In this document: piece by piece, positions 13,024-25,791 of the stretch
Layout of the letters: each line of letters begins with the position of its first letter
How positions within the stretch are numbered: position 1 is the first letter of the stretch
Source: Felis catus
Taxonomy: Eukaryota
Reading direction: 5' to 3'
DNA length: 64,000 nucleotides
Assembly (NCBI RefSeq): GCF_018350175.1
Contig: NC_058375.1
Location: 24,366,001-24,430,000, forward strand
Program-made: the position numbers and the translations under genes
Notes under the pieces: model-generated
What the model saw: the letters and a program-made list of their open reading frames with translations, nothing else
The model's database searches: none
What the model was told of the DNA's origin: nothing

Positions 13024-15155
13024 CGCGCGCGTAGTGTAGTTGCTCCTGGAAGTCAGTTTAATGGAGAGAGGCTTTTTCTTTTCCAGGCAGAGTTGGGGTG
13101 CCTGGAGAGAAATGACATCTGTCAGTGGGGGTGTGCAAGTGGGGATGCCCACCTGGTGGGATGGCTACCCGGAAATGCCTGACAATTCCTAAGGTTCCTG
13201 GAAGACACCCCCCTACTCCTACTCTTCTCCCGCCCCCCGCACACGTTCATGGAGAGTCCTGTAGGAGACCGCCTAGGAGAGGATGAAGACCCTTCACCTC
13301 TCCAGCGGCCGGTGCAGCCTTTTCCAGCCAGGGTAGGCGGCTTTGGCCTCGGTCCCGCCGCCAGTCATGCGGGCCTGTTTGGCGGCCTGAGACGAGCGCG
13401 TGTCCACGATGAAGCCCCGGGCCCCGGGGCGAGCCCCCAACAGCACAGCTCGCAGCAGCTCCTCGTCCTCAGCGCAGCGCCTTTTCTGGGGACCAGTCAG
13501 GGGCTGGCTGGAACGTACCAGCACCTGCGGACCGGGACTGCGCTCCGGAAGCCGTAGCCACCCAGCCTTGGCTTGGGGACTCCTCTCCCGGAGCCCCGAG
13601 GGAGGGTCTACACACTAGGGCAGGTCTAAAGCTGGCAGGGGCAGGCCGGAGCCTAGGGCCTTAGCGGCAGAACTGGCCGGGCGCCGGGCCCGGCCTTGGG
13701 TGTGTTGTAGTCAGAGGGGAAAGGGACCCGAAGAGTAGGCCGTGGACGAGTCCAGGGTTGACAAAGAAGGGACTAAGCTCAGGGGGCCCGACCGGCCGGG
13801 GGCGGGGCCTGGGGTTGGCGAGACTCCGAAACTGGGGAGAGGGGCGGGGTCAGAGTCAAGGAAGGCCGGAGGGGGCGGGGCCTGTTGGAGGCAGGACTGG
13901 GCGCGGCCAAAAAGGCTTGGAGCCGGCCGGCGGCAGCCGCGCTGCGAATTGGCCGGACCGGTGCAGAAAAGGGCCAAGAAGGGCCGCAGTTGGTCCAAGA
14001 GGCAGAGTCTGGGGAGGGGCGGGCTCACGGTTCCGCTGGGCGCGTGGTGGTAGCTGAGCACAGGGAAGCGGCCTCCCTGGCGGAAGCGGGCGCTGCGTGC
14101 CAGGGCACCGTCGTCCACAGAGCGAGGCACGATCACCGCGCGGGGGTAACTGGGGCACACGCTGAAGTCCTCGTTCACCTCGCTCAGCCGCCAAGCGTTG
14201 GTCTGCGGCCCAGGGAGAGGCGAAGGCCAGGTGTAGGGCACCCAGTGAGTGTCCGGACCCCACGCCCCTTCCAGGCGCGGCGCTCGCACAACCGTGGGCC
14301 CCCAGGACCGCACCCACCTCGCGAGCTACTCGCTTGTAGTAGCGTTCGGGTGGGTGGAAGTGCCAGGCGTCGCCCAATCTCAAGCCCTTGGGACGGTAGA
14401 AGAACGGAAAGGAAGTGATGACCGATTCCAAGGAGGACAGCGCCTGGGGAAGGAAGTTGGGCGATCTGGGCAAAGTCGGAATCATCTCGCCCGCACCCTC
14501 CCAGCCCCTTTCGCCCCTCAGCTCCCTCCTCTGCACTTACTCCAGACCACCCTGCGTCCCTCACCATTGGCTACGTTCCAGGGTAACACTGGATGCCGAG
14601 TCCCCTTGCGCAGTAGCCCCCGTTTACTCCTCTCGTTACGGAGTAGGGGTAGTTTAGGGGCCTCGGGTGCACTGCTTGTGTACCTCGATGGACCGGGCGA
14701 TGTCCAGCGACGCTTCCACGCCCTCTATTTCCAGCTGCAGCACTCGGAGGTCCTTACAGCGCAACGTGATGGTGCCGGAGTCACTCGCGACCCTGGGGAT
14801 GGACGGGCTTAGGTTGAGTGTCACCCGCCCGTCACCAGGGGAGGAGAAATGAGTTTCTTAGGACTGGACGTAATGCAAGGGTGCAAGGGCTCCAACTGCT
14901 CTTGCCCTCCTCCCTCTCCTCCCGGAGCCGCAAACTCCCCGACTACGGGGACGCCCCCGCCACGTCTCACCGCTTCTCGATAGAGTCTACGCTACGCAAC
15001 AGCAGCAGCCACAGCTCTGAAGTCGCCTGGGGCCCTGGCGACAGCAGCAGGTGGTGGCCGGTGAGGCATAGCGTGCCACGCAGTGGGGGTGCCTCCGGAC
15101 CCCTCAGGAGCTTGGCTTGGGCCCGGCCGGTACGAATCAGGTCCGAGAACTCCAT
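9500..15155 (-). CDS. MTMR9L: Myotubularin-related protein 9-like (PH-GRAM + inactive phosphatase domain), intact 543 aa; positional orthologue of human pseudogene MTMR9LP
   Basis: Exons 15155-14971, 14792-14684, 14443-14318, 14202-14029, 13524-13298, 11931-11770, 11595-11454, 11371-11151, 9867-9716, 9633-9500; all GT-AG with matching phases; sum 1632 nt, no internal stop. Motifs WRLSEVNEDFSVCPSYP, FRQGGRFPVLSY, RSSQPLTG, VHGAEGTDST, EREWIQAGHPF, FLLFLDCVWQ, FGTFLCNSEKER match MTMR9. Confidence 0.9.
12981..13032. repeat. (GT)n(GC)n microsatellite
   Basis: 52 bp of uninterrupted purine-pyrimidine alternation in MTMR9L intron 5. Confidence 0.95.
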
Positions 15156-15360
15156 TCCGCCTGGGGTGGGCCTAGGGCCCAGCAGAAAGACTCCAGGAGC
15201 GTCAGGCGGGGCGAGCGCGGGCTCCGAAAGGGACAGGAACTAGCTGGGCAGCTGGCGACGCCGGCAGGACAGCTGTTAAGGAGGCCCCTTGGAGGAAGGG
15301 ATCGAACAGTTTCACAGCAATTTCCCCCTCCTACTGCCAGCACCTCTTAGCGAGGAACCC
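13200..15360. promoter_or_regulatory. CpG island covering the 5' half and promoter of the MTMR9-like gene
   Basis: Visibly high GC and CpG density across exons 1-5, several GGGGCGGGG boxes; boundaries approximate. Confidence 0.65.
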
Positions 15361-16090
15361 GGCCAGAACCTGTTAAGGAAACCTCAATTTCATCATCTGT
15401 GAAATGGGAAGAATAGTCTTGCTTACAGCCCGTTACCTCGTGTCTTGGTCGCAGGTGGCACTTAACAATTTTGTTTTTTTAAAACTCAGGTGCTGCCACT
15501 CTCGCTGATTTAAAAAAGAAAGAAAAATACCATTTCTTGTACCCTGGTGGAAGGGGTTGGAAAGTGTGGGTGTGAAACTGGAAACTGTCTACTTCCTCCC
15601 TCTACATCTGAGGCTGGGTGGGGGAAATCCCTTAGTCCACCTTAAATGCAAGCAGCTGTGTCGCTGGTGCCCCTCCCCCACCACAGCTGGAAGTCGCTGC
15701 CTGTGGGCGCCCTCTATGGGGGCCACTTCTGGTTTAGTCTTGCCCTCCGAAGCCTCAACTCGGATCACTCCATCCTTCCACCAAATATGAATTGCCTGTA
15801 CACTGAACTGGGCCCTGTATTTAGTGAGAGGACCCAAGGATGACTGGAGAAGGTTCTGTTCGTTAGGATTTTCAGTCTAGCAAGAGACACACACTTAAGC
15901 TGATAAATTACAAGAGTTTAAAGGATTTACTGGAGGACCCATCCATCCATCTCTCCATCCATCCAATTATTCTTTCATTTCTTAAATGATGCCTACACTC
16001 TGTTAAGTGCTGATTACTAAGAAGAATAAGACAGATTCTTGCCTTCAAAGGGCCTTTTGGTCCATTAGGTTCCACACGTCTAAAGTCCAG

Positions 16091-16092
<2 letters not shown>

Positions 16093-16130
<38 letters not shown>
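16093..16130. repeat. (CA)n microsatellite
   Basis: Directly visible CA run. Confidence 0.95.
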
Positions 16131-16134
<4 letters not shown>

Positions 16135-16275
16135 CCCTTCTTTCAACACACACATTTCATTAAACACACACAAAGAAAATAAATCATAGGGGACACCCAT
16201 AACATAAACATAAAATCGGAATAATCTGTGAAAGGAACCAGACATAAAAGAATACAAATTGTAACCAGCTGGGAT

Positions 16276-16377
16276 GGGAATTCGTTAGAAATGCAAATTA
16301 TCAGGCCCCACCCCATATGTCTCTTTTAACAAGCTTTCAGGAGATTCCCATGCACACTAAAGTGTGAGAACCATTGG
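16276..16377. mobile_element. MER5-type hAT-Charlie DNA transposon remnant
   Basis: GTTAGAAATGCAAATT..AGGCCCCACCCC..TTTTAACAAG..ATGCACACTAAAGTGTGAGAACCATTG resembles recalled MER5A consensus. Confidence 0.55.
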
Positions 16378-17186
16378 AAAGTACACAAAAAGGCAAAACT
16401 AATCTTTGCTGTCAGAAATTATGGTAACAGTACCCTCAGGAGAGTAGTGACAGGCCAGGAGCACTTCCTGGATGCTGGTAACACTCTTGCTTTATCTGGG
16501 TGCTGGGTACATAAGTGCATTCAGTTTGGGAGAATTCAGCAAGGCATGCATTTATGATATGTGAGTTTTTCTGTGTGTATATTTCAAAACAAAATTTTAA
16601 AAAGGGAACAGCTCTGGTTGAAGCCCTGGGAGGGACAGGAAGAGAGAGGGTTTAGGAGCCCTTCTACGGCTCTGCCTTTATCCCATATACAGTCCTTAAG
16701 GGGTTTCCAAGGGAACCTAAAGTTCCTTAAAGTATAGCTTGAAATCAATCATTGATCTGTCCCAATAGAGAGTCGGTGACTTGTCCAAAGTCTCACAGAG
16801 CCAGCACCAGAACCCAGATCTCCTGACTCCCCGGCCAGGGTTCTGGACACTGTTCCTTTGCTACAAGGCCAGTGTCATGAGTGAGGATGGCGAGGGGGAA
16901 CAGCTCACCAGCCTCTGTCCAATCCCCACCCCTTAACTTGGGTCTTGGGAAGAAGGCCAAGACTCTAGTGTGGATGATGCTTTTCTCATCCTGGAGCAAC
17001 TTCCGTTCTGGGAACTGGGTGTCTCCTTCTGGGCAAGGACAATAAAATTCATCCAAGGGGCTGGAGGAACAGGGCTCCTCCTGCCCCCACCCGGATGAGC
17101 ATCACGTGGCTCCTGGGTTAGCAGGCCAGGAAAATCCCAGCCCTTGCACACTTAGCCTCCCATACCCCTCTATTCACCCAGCCTGA

Positions 17187-18515
<1,329 letters not shown>

Positions 18516-20379
18516 GCCACACCTGCACCTCCTGAGACCTCCCGGGAAGGGGAAAGGAGGGGTGTCCCAGAGGTGCCAGCACTTCGCAAAGTGTGCTGGG
18601 AGGGTTAGGAGATCACTCAGCTTTCTGGGAGCATAAAGGCCCCTGCTGCCTTAGCTTGGGAAGGGGGAGTTGGAGGAAGGGGAGAGGCTCGCCGACCCCC
18701 AAGCTCTTCAATAAAGACCCTCTCTGCTTCCCATCAAGGTCTCTGCAGTCATTTATTCAGGCCCAAGGTCGTTGTGTGTCATCTGTAGCTGGGACCAGGG
18801 ATTACACTGCAGGAGAGAAGGCCCAGGTGGAGATGAACAGAGGCACCCCCCTCTCCCCCTAGCTCCAGCTCTATCTCCCTATTTTTACCAAGATCAGAGC
18901 TGGAAAAGAACTTCAAATCCTAAATCACCCCCATGAAGGTGACAGGTCAATGGGCAACTGATGAATGCAGGACCTGGTGGACCTGGGTTGAAAAGCCAGC
19001 TCCACCATGCATTTTCTATCAGATCTGGAGGCGGGCCCCTTAAGCCTGCAACTGTTTCTTTCTCTCTAAACTGGAAATGCTACTTCTCACTCCGCAAATA
19101 GTTGGAGATGTCTTAAGTGAGACAATGCACAATAGACACTCCATAAACTTGAACTGTGTCTTGCTTATCCTTGCCATCACCCGTGGTATTAGTACCATTG
19201 TGCTGAGGCCCAGAGATGGGCTGTGCAAGGCTCTGTGTCACCGGGTTCTTTTTTTTTTTTTTTTTTTTTTTTTTACATTGTATCTTCTCAGCCTTTGTTT
19301 CTGTATTACCCTCTTTGTCTGACTTTCCAACTCAGGCTTCCTCTTCCCCCCACCCATTTCCTGTCCCCCCCTTCCCTCTGCAGCTGAGGTGCAGGCAGCA
19401 TCAGCTTCCACCTCACAAACCCCAACAATGCTCTGTGGGCTCCCCTCCCCCAACTTGTTCACTAAGTGTAGGTCTGGTGGTGGTGCCGGTGACACATTTA
19501 TGTTTTCCTCTGGGTGGGGCCAAGGCCCCGCTCTTGTGCCCGATAGATGCCACCCAGGGTTCCTCATAACACTGGTGACCTGACGCTTAGCCTATGATGG
19601 GTGCCACCCTCAACCTGGCCCCAGGGGAAAGGGAGATTCTTGGCCTGCGTGCTGCTTGTGACAAGGTTCCTGTCTCCCGCCTATAACAGAAATCCTGCCA
19701 GTCAGCTACCTGCACCTGGGTCCCTGGGCAGGCGTGTTTGTCTCCCACTTGTTGCAGGAGATGGTGGCAGGCCCCACATTTCTAACAGGGGCTGTGTCCT
19801 TGCCTCGTCCTGAATTAGAAATGTCGTCCTAATTAGTGGGGGCTTGCCCTGTCCTCTGTCCACAACAGGGGCTGTGACTCTGTCGTCTTGAAAACGCGGG
19901 GTTGTCCTGCCTGCTTCCTTAAACAGATTGTTGTCCAGCATTCTGTCTATAAGAAGGGGGTTATTAGCCTACCCTCTGACTCTAATAAAGGTATCGTCCT
20001 GAGCCCTGAGATGGCATGACTGTTGTTTTGCCATAGTTATTTGTTAACCTGACATCTGACTGTAACGTAAGGTGGTCTGCTCTCCAATGATTGAACAGGG
20101 AGAGCGCTCTCTCCTCTGACTCCAAAGTCCCTCTCTTAGACTGTAATGAAAAGGTCACTCAGCTCTCAGACTGTGACAGCAGTGCCACTTGTCTTTCACC
20201 AAAAGCCGAGCGTATGTCTGCTTGCCCCTTGCTCATTGAGATATAAAGGCTGCCCTTGAATCTCTTGTCCAGGTCGCCCCCGGGGGGCAGGAGGGAGGTT
20301 CCATCAGGTACCCTTTCTTCAGCTCTAAGAGCCCCCCTCGGGTGGGCTGGAGATGTAAAGGACCCCCAGGGGCTGAGGA

Positions 20380-20611
20380 GCTGGGGGCTATGGCAGCAGG
20401 AAGCTTGGGGTGCTAGAGGCTTGTGGTTGGGCTGCTGGGGCCCCGGTTGGCTGCGGAGCCCTTAGGAGGAGGCAGGAAGTCAGGGTGGGACGTGGGCGCG
20501 CTAAGACAGGCGGTGGCTACCTCGGCGAGGGGAGCTGAAACTGTGTGTGAGCTGCCAGGCTAGGCCAGGAGGACCATGTGAATGGGGCTGGAGGGCTCCT
20601 GGGCTGGGCAG
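20380..20611 (+). promoter_or_regulatory. LCK: LCK distal (type II) promoter and non-coding first exon
   Basis: Exon ends GGGCTGGGCAG|GTAAGG at 20611; closely resembles recalled human LCK distal 5'UTR (GGAGGACCATGTGAATGGGG...). ETS cores CAGGAAG (20397-20403, 20473-20480) and RUNX site TGTGGTT (20422-20428). Confidence 0.75.
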
Positions 20612-21158
20612 GTAAGGAGTACTGGGAACAGGGGTCTAGGACTGTGGTGGGAGGACCGACTGGGGGAGGGTGGTGCTGCACCCGGGCATGGGGCGCGGCT
20701 CCCTGGGTATTCAGCAGCCCTACAGGCAGGGCAGGGGGATAGAAAAACCTCGCTAGAGGTCAGGTGGGCGGCGTGCGGTACAGCTGGAGGCCCCCTTTCC
20801 TACGTAGCTCTTGCCTCTCGCCTCTGCCACGCTGTCTGCACTGGTCCCTCCCTCACTGGGAGCATCTTCTTGGAGATCTGGCGCATGTACTGTCAGGTGT
20901 TGAAAAGGCCTTCAGAAATCCCCAAGTCCAGTCCCTGATCCCATTGATGGATGAGCCTCCTGAGGCCCAGAGAGGGCAAACGCCCCCTCCTTGTAACCAC
21001 TCAGCAAGGCAGTGGCAGAGTCAGGCCCTGGGAGAGGGTGGTGGCCTAGGCTAGGACTGCCCCCCACCCCACTGGGCAGGGTGATGATGGTCAGTCTTGA
21101 GTCAGGGGATCCAGGAATCCTGCTGATGGCCGGGACAGACCCCAGTGACAAGCATCTT

Positions 21159-21160
<2 letters not shown>

Positions 21161-21193
<33 letters not shown>

Positions 21194-21200
21194 AGAGAGA
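21161..21200. repeat. (GA)n microsatellite
   Basis: Directly visible GA run in the first LCK intron. Confidence 0.9.
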
Positions 21201-22689
21201 GGGATTGAGACAGAAGAGTCACCCAGAGCATCCAGATGGACACGTGACAAGTGATTTTAGCCTCAGTGACCAGCAGTGCTGGAGAGCCTGGGGTGTCTCC
21301 TATTGGGAGCACGTGGATGCGGGAGGGCATATTTATCATCTGGGATGGGGCCTCCAGGGTGGAAGCATCTGACCAGAGGCTGGGAAGTTGAAGGAGAGAG
21401 AATGGAAAGGAAAGGGCAGAGGAAAGGCTATTTTTATCCCAGACAGGGGCACAGTCGGCCCTGGGTAAGGAACGTCCACGCTTCCATCTGGAAAGTTGCC
21501 ATTCCTGCCCCTGCCAAGTGTCACAGGATGTCCTTCCCCACCCCCACCCCCCCCCCTTGCTCTCTCTGGCCTCAGCACACACACACACACCCCACCTGCA
21601 TGGACAGGGCCAGCTGGTACTGCAGATTGCTGCTTCAAACCCCGGGAAGGTGGAGGCCCAGGTAGGCATAGTCAGCTACCTGCCCACCCCCTCACTTTCT
21701 AACTCTGAGCCTTCAGTTTATGGGGGGCATCTCCGTGTGAGCCAGACTTTCCAGGGTCCCCCTACCCCACCCTCCACTGCTGGAGTTTTCCTTGACACAC
21801 GATTTCCACCTAGTTAGTGTGTCCCAGCCTTTCTCTCGTCCCCAAGCCCGATGCCTGTAGCCTTTTGTGCGGGCTGGAGAACATGCTGGCTCTCCCTGTG
21901 CCTCGGGGTGGGGGGGACCCATCCACACCCTGGACCTGCACCCCCTCATTCTGCCAGCATGTGCTGAGAGATGACGCAGGGCCCCTCGCCCTCCAGGCTC
22001 AGGGACAGAGGTTCTTCTCAAAGGGTAAAGGGCCAAGTGACGGGGCAAGAGAAAGAGATAAGGGCCGAGACTACAGAAGACTTCCCTTGGGTGACCTGGA
22101 AGTCTCCCTGGAAGAGTCAACACAGTTGTGAGAAGGGCAAAGGCCCTTTTTGGAAAGCATCTATGACAGGAGCCAAGGTCACTGTCCCTGGTTTCTGTTT
22201 CTTGGGTACCATGAGGGTAGCGCAAAACCAAACACCAGAGAGTGGATGGGTATGGTGTAGTGCAAAGAACATAGGTTTCAGGAACAGGCCGACCCAGGTG
22301 CAATTCCGGGGCTGGCATTTCCTCAAATGGTATTGCCTTCGTCTCTCCAGACTCCAAACTCCAGATCATTAATCTGTAAAGAGGCAATAATCAATTTCTC
22401 CCTTACAGACTGTTTGTGGGGCCTGTCATGTGCCCTGGGTTGTACTGGACACATAGTAGGTGCTTAACGGAGGTTAGGCAGTCCCTCCTCCTGTAAATGG
22501 TGCACCAAAAGGAGGGCTGTTCACACCCAGAATTACACCTACTCAGCACCTTGGCAGGCCAGTGAACCCCGTCCCCTCACACTTGTGGTATAGCTTTGCA
22601 AATGAGCTTGTTTCCTGTGTGTGGTGGGTGTGAGAATTCTAGGCTGAGCCACAGGGTCTACTTTAGAGGAGAGTCCCCCCAACAGCTTC

Positions 22690-22690
<1 letters not shown>

Positions 22691-22726
<36 letters not shown>

Positions 22727-22730
22727 GCAC
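22691..22730. repeat. (CA)n microsatellite
   Basis: Directly visible CA run. Confidence 0.9.
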
Positions 22731-23038
22731 TCCCTATCCCAAACACCAGACATATCATCAGACATTGTGTGTGTGCCTATGTGGGCAGAAGCAGAGTCAG
22801 GGTCTCCACACACAACACACATTGGATCTTACAAGGCTATACATCCCCCCACAGGCTGATGACTTCAAGGCCAAGCTCCGTTTAGTGAAAGCAATGCTGA
22901 GGGGAGCTGGGTGTGAGGGTGGGATGGGGGCAGGCAAGACCAAGATACCATCATCCAGGGATGTGGCCAAACTCCAGTGTTGGCTTAAAGTGCCTGGTGC
23001 TGCGTTTCCAACACTTGTTCTGAAGAACAGCAGTTCAC

Positions 23039-23206
23039 GGGGTGCCTGGGTGGCTCAGTCGGTTGGGTGTCTGAATTCAGCTCAGGTCATGATCTCACAG
23101 CTTGTGAGTTCGAGCCCCTTGATGGGCTCTGTGCTGACAGCTCAGAGCCTGGAGCCTGCTTCGTATTCTGCGTCTCCCTCTCTCTCCACCCCTCCCCTGC
23201 TCATGT

Positions 23207-23254
<48 letters not shown>

Positions 23255-23300
23255 CCTCTCAAAAATAAACATTAAAAAATATTAAACAACAACAACAACA
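23039..23300 (+). mobile_element. Can-SINE (SINEC_Fc)
   Basis: Typical head, long (CT)n, AAAATAAA tail. Confidence 0.85.
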
Positions 23301-24533
23301 AAACACCAGTCTCATGAAGCACCTGGAGAGAAAATGGTCTTGGGGCCAAATCCACATGGCCTCAGCTACCAACCAGCCCAACCCATGTTAATTTCATAGT
23401 CAATGTCAGCTTGTAAAAGCTTTGAAAGTTCCCCCAGAGTAGGGGCCTGATTGATTTTGTCCAACTCATCATTTCCCAAACTTCTTTGGTCACAGAACCT
23501 GTTCTCCCCCCGATCATCTATTCCACGCCTACTTTTCTTGTGATAGGGAGAGGAACAGAAGAGTAGGCTGTACAGTGAATCCTCCTCGAATGATCGTATC
23601 TCTTGGCAGGGTTTTTGCATTGGTGGTGGGGTTTTTTTTGTTGTTTTTTTGTTTTCCAGTGACAAAATTAGCACACGGCTGTTACAAAAAACTCAAACGG
23701 TACAGAGGCATGAACAGAAATATAAGAAACACAGCCCCCTCCAACCTCACTTCTGGGATGTGTTCACCGCGAACAGTTTCCAGAGTTTCCTATGTGTGGC
23801 TGCTGACAAGTGTCGTGGTTAGAAGCCCAGGCTCTGGAGGTAGACCAAGGTTCAAATCACCACTCTACCACTTACTTATTTGTTATGAGGCTTCAAACAA
23901 ATCGTTTTACCTCATTTGTGCCTCAGTTTTTGCATGTGTAAAATGGGGCTCATTATAGCATTTACTTGATAGGATTAGTATGAGAATTACATGGAAACAT
24001 GCAAATAAAGTATTAGCACAGAACCTGGCTTAAAAGAATCCCCGTATAGATGCCCATTTACATGCAAATAGGCTTCCATTCTCTATTCTGTTCTGTAACT
24101 TGCTCGCCATGTTTTTTGGTTTTGGGTTTTTTGCTTGCCATGTTATCACTGGGATGTCTTTCCATGTCAATACCTGGAGACGGTCCTTCTCTCTTTAACA
24201 GCTTCAGCTAACCGTTCACTTGGTAAATGGGTGATGGTGGTGATTTTGAAATGCTACTTCCTGACAAGTATTGCTCTTTTGCGTTGCCAGTGTTGTTGTG
24301 AGTCATAGACATTACCAATCAGTAAGTTGAAGACAGGCCTATGGCCTCCTGGGAAAATGGAGTGATCTGCCCGAGGGGCACCCACCTCTGTCAGAGAGGG
24401 CAGGGCCAAAAGGACAGGAACCTCTTGATCTGTTCACCTCTGTGTCACCAGCGCTAGAACAGAGCTTGGCACAGAGAGATATCCGTGCAACTTTTGTCAG
24501 TAGGCTGACCAGTTAAGAAGATTGTCCCTCCAT

Positions 24534-24730
24534 GGGGCACCTGGGTGGCTCAGTTGGTTGAATGTGTGACTCTTGATTTTGGCTCAGGTCCTGATCTCAG
24601 AGTTCATGAGATCGAGCCCCGCCATCAGGCACCCGCTTGGGATTCTCTTTCCCTCTCTCTCTGCCCCTCATCTGCTTGCACGTGCTCTCTCTCTCTCTCA
24701 AAATAAATAAATGAACATTAAAAAAGAAAG
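24534..24730 (+). mobile_element. Can-SINE
   Basis: Typical head, (CT)n and tail; ATTGTCCCT flanks both sides. Confidence 0.8.
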
Positions 24731-25120
24731 AAAATTGTCCCTTCTCTAACTCACCAACAGAGGTCTAAGCCCAAAGCTCTGGCTCGTATTGCAACATTTC
24801 CCAAAATATGGCCTGTGCACCACCGATGTAGGTGAGTGATATTAGGGGGTAATGAATTTGAATTTACAGATGATATTATGAATTCGTTTTAATGTATCCT
24901 GATTTCTGTTTATGGATGGTGATACTGATTTTCCATTTATGGTAGATAAATATATTCCATTTTAGGTAAATATATTCAAGGTGAAAAGGTGGTCTATGGA
25001 AATGCTCAAAATCACAAAGGAAAAGGAAAATAATTGATAATAGCTAATATTAGCGTTTAGACTGGAAAATGTTTAAGGCTGGTGTAATGAAATGCTCATG
25101 TTAGCCACGAATAATAGTTA

Positions 25121-25759
25121 GAGTTGACCTTTAAACAACAGGGTTGTTGGGCTCCCACCCCACGCAGTCGAAAATCTGTGGTGTATAACGTTCAGCTGCC
25201 CAAAGACTTAACTACAGTTGACCCTTAACTACATACAGTCAGGGGCGCTGACTACCCCCATAGTCAAAAATACCCGCACTGGGGTGCCTTGGTGGCTCAG
25301 TTGATTAAGCGGCCGACTTCGGCTCAAGTCATGATCTCATGGTGCATGAGTTTGAGCCCCACATTGGGCTCTGCTGACAGCTCAGAGCCTGGAGCCTGTT
25401 TCAGATTCTGTGTCTCCCTCCCTCTCTACCCCTCCCCTGCTCACACTCTGTCTCTCTCTCAAAAATAAAAAAAACATTCAAAGAAAATCCTGGTATAACT
25501 TTGATCCCCCCTAGGACTTTACTAATAGCCTACTGTTGACTAAAAGCCTTACTGATAACATAAACAGTTGGTTAACACATATTTTGTCCATTTTTATTTA
25601 TTTGTTTAGTTTTTATTTTTAGAGAGCGAGCACAAGCAAGGGAGAGGGGCAGAGGGAGAGAGAGAGAGAGAGGAAGAGAGAGAGAGGGAAAATCTTTTTT
25701 TTTTTTAAGCTTATTTATTTACTTTGAGAGAGAGAGAGAGTGCAAGTGAGGGAGGGGCC

Positions 25760-25791
<32 letters not shown>

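Noticed and set aside
13711-14812. Many overlapping 100-226 aa ORFs on both strands
   Set aside because: Expected from stop-poor CpG-island DNA; only the MTMR9-like exon segments show family similarity.
9500-15155. Calling the MTMR9-like locus a pseudogene by analogy to human MTMR9LP
   Set aside because: I found no stop, frameshift or broken splice site in any of the ten exons.
15445-15722. CTCF-like motifs between MTMR9L and FAM167B (CAGGTGGCAC; GCGCCCTCTATGG)
   Set aside because: Only partial matches by eye; cannot be supported without PWM scoring or ChIP data.
21713-22387. 224-aa minus-strand ORF in the LCK first intron
   Set aside because: Non-ATG start, begins in MIR-like sequence, no recognisable domain or splice structure.
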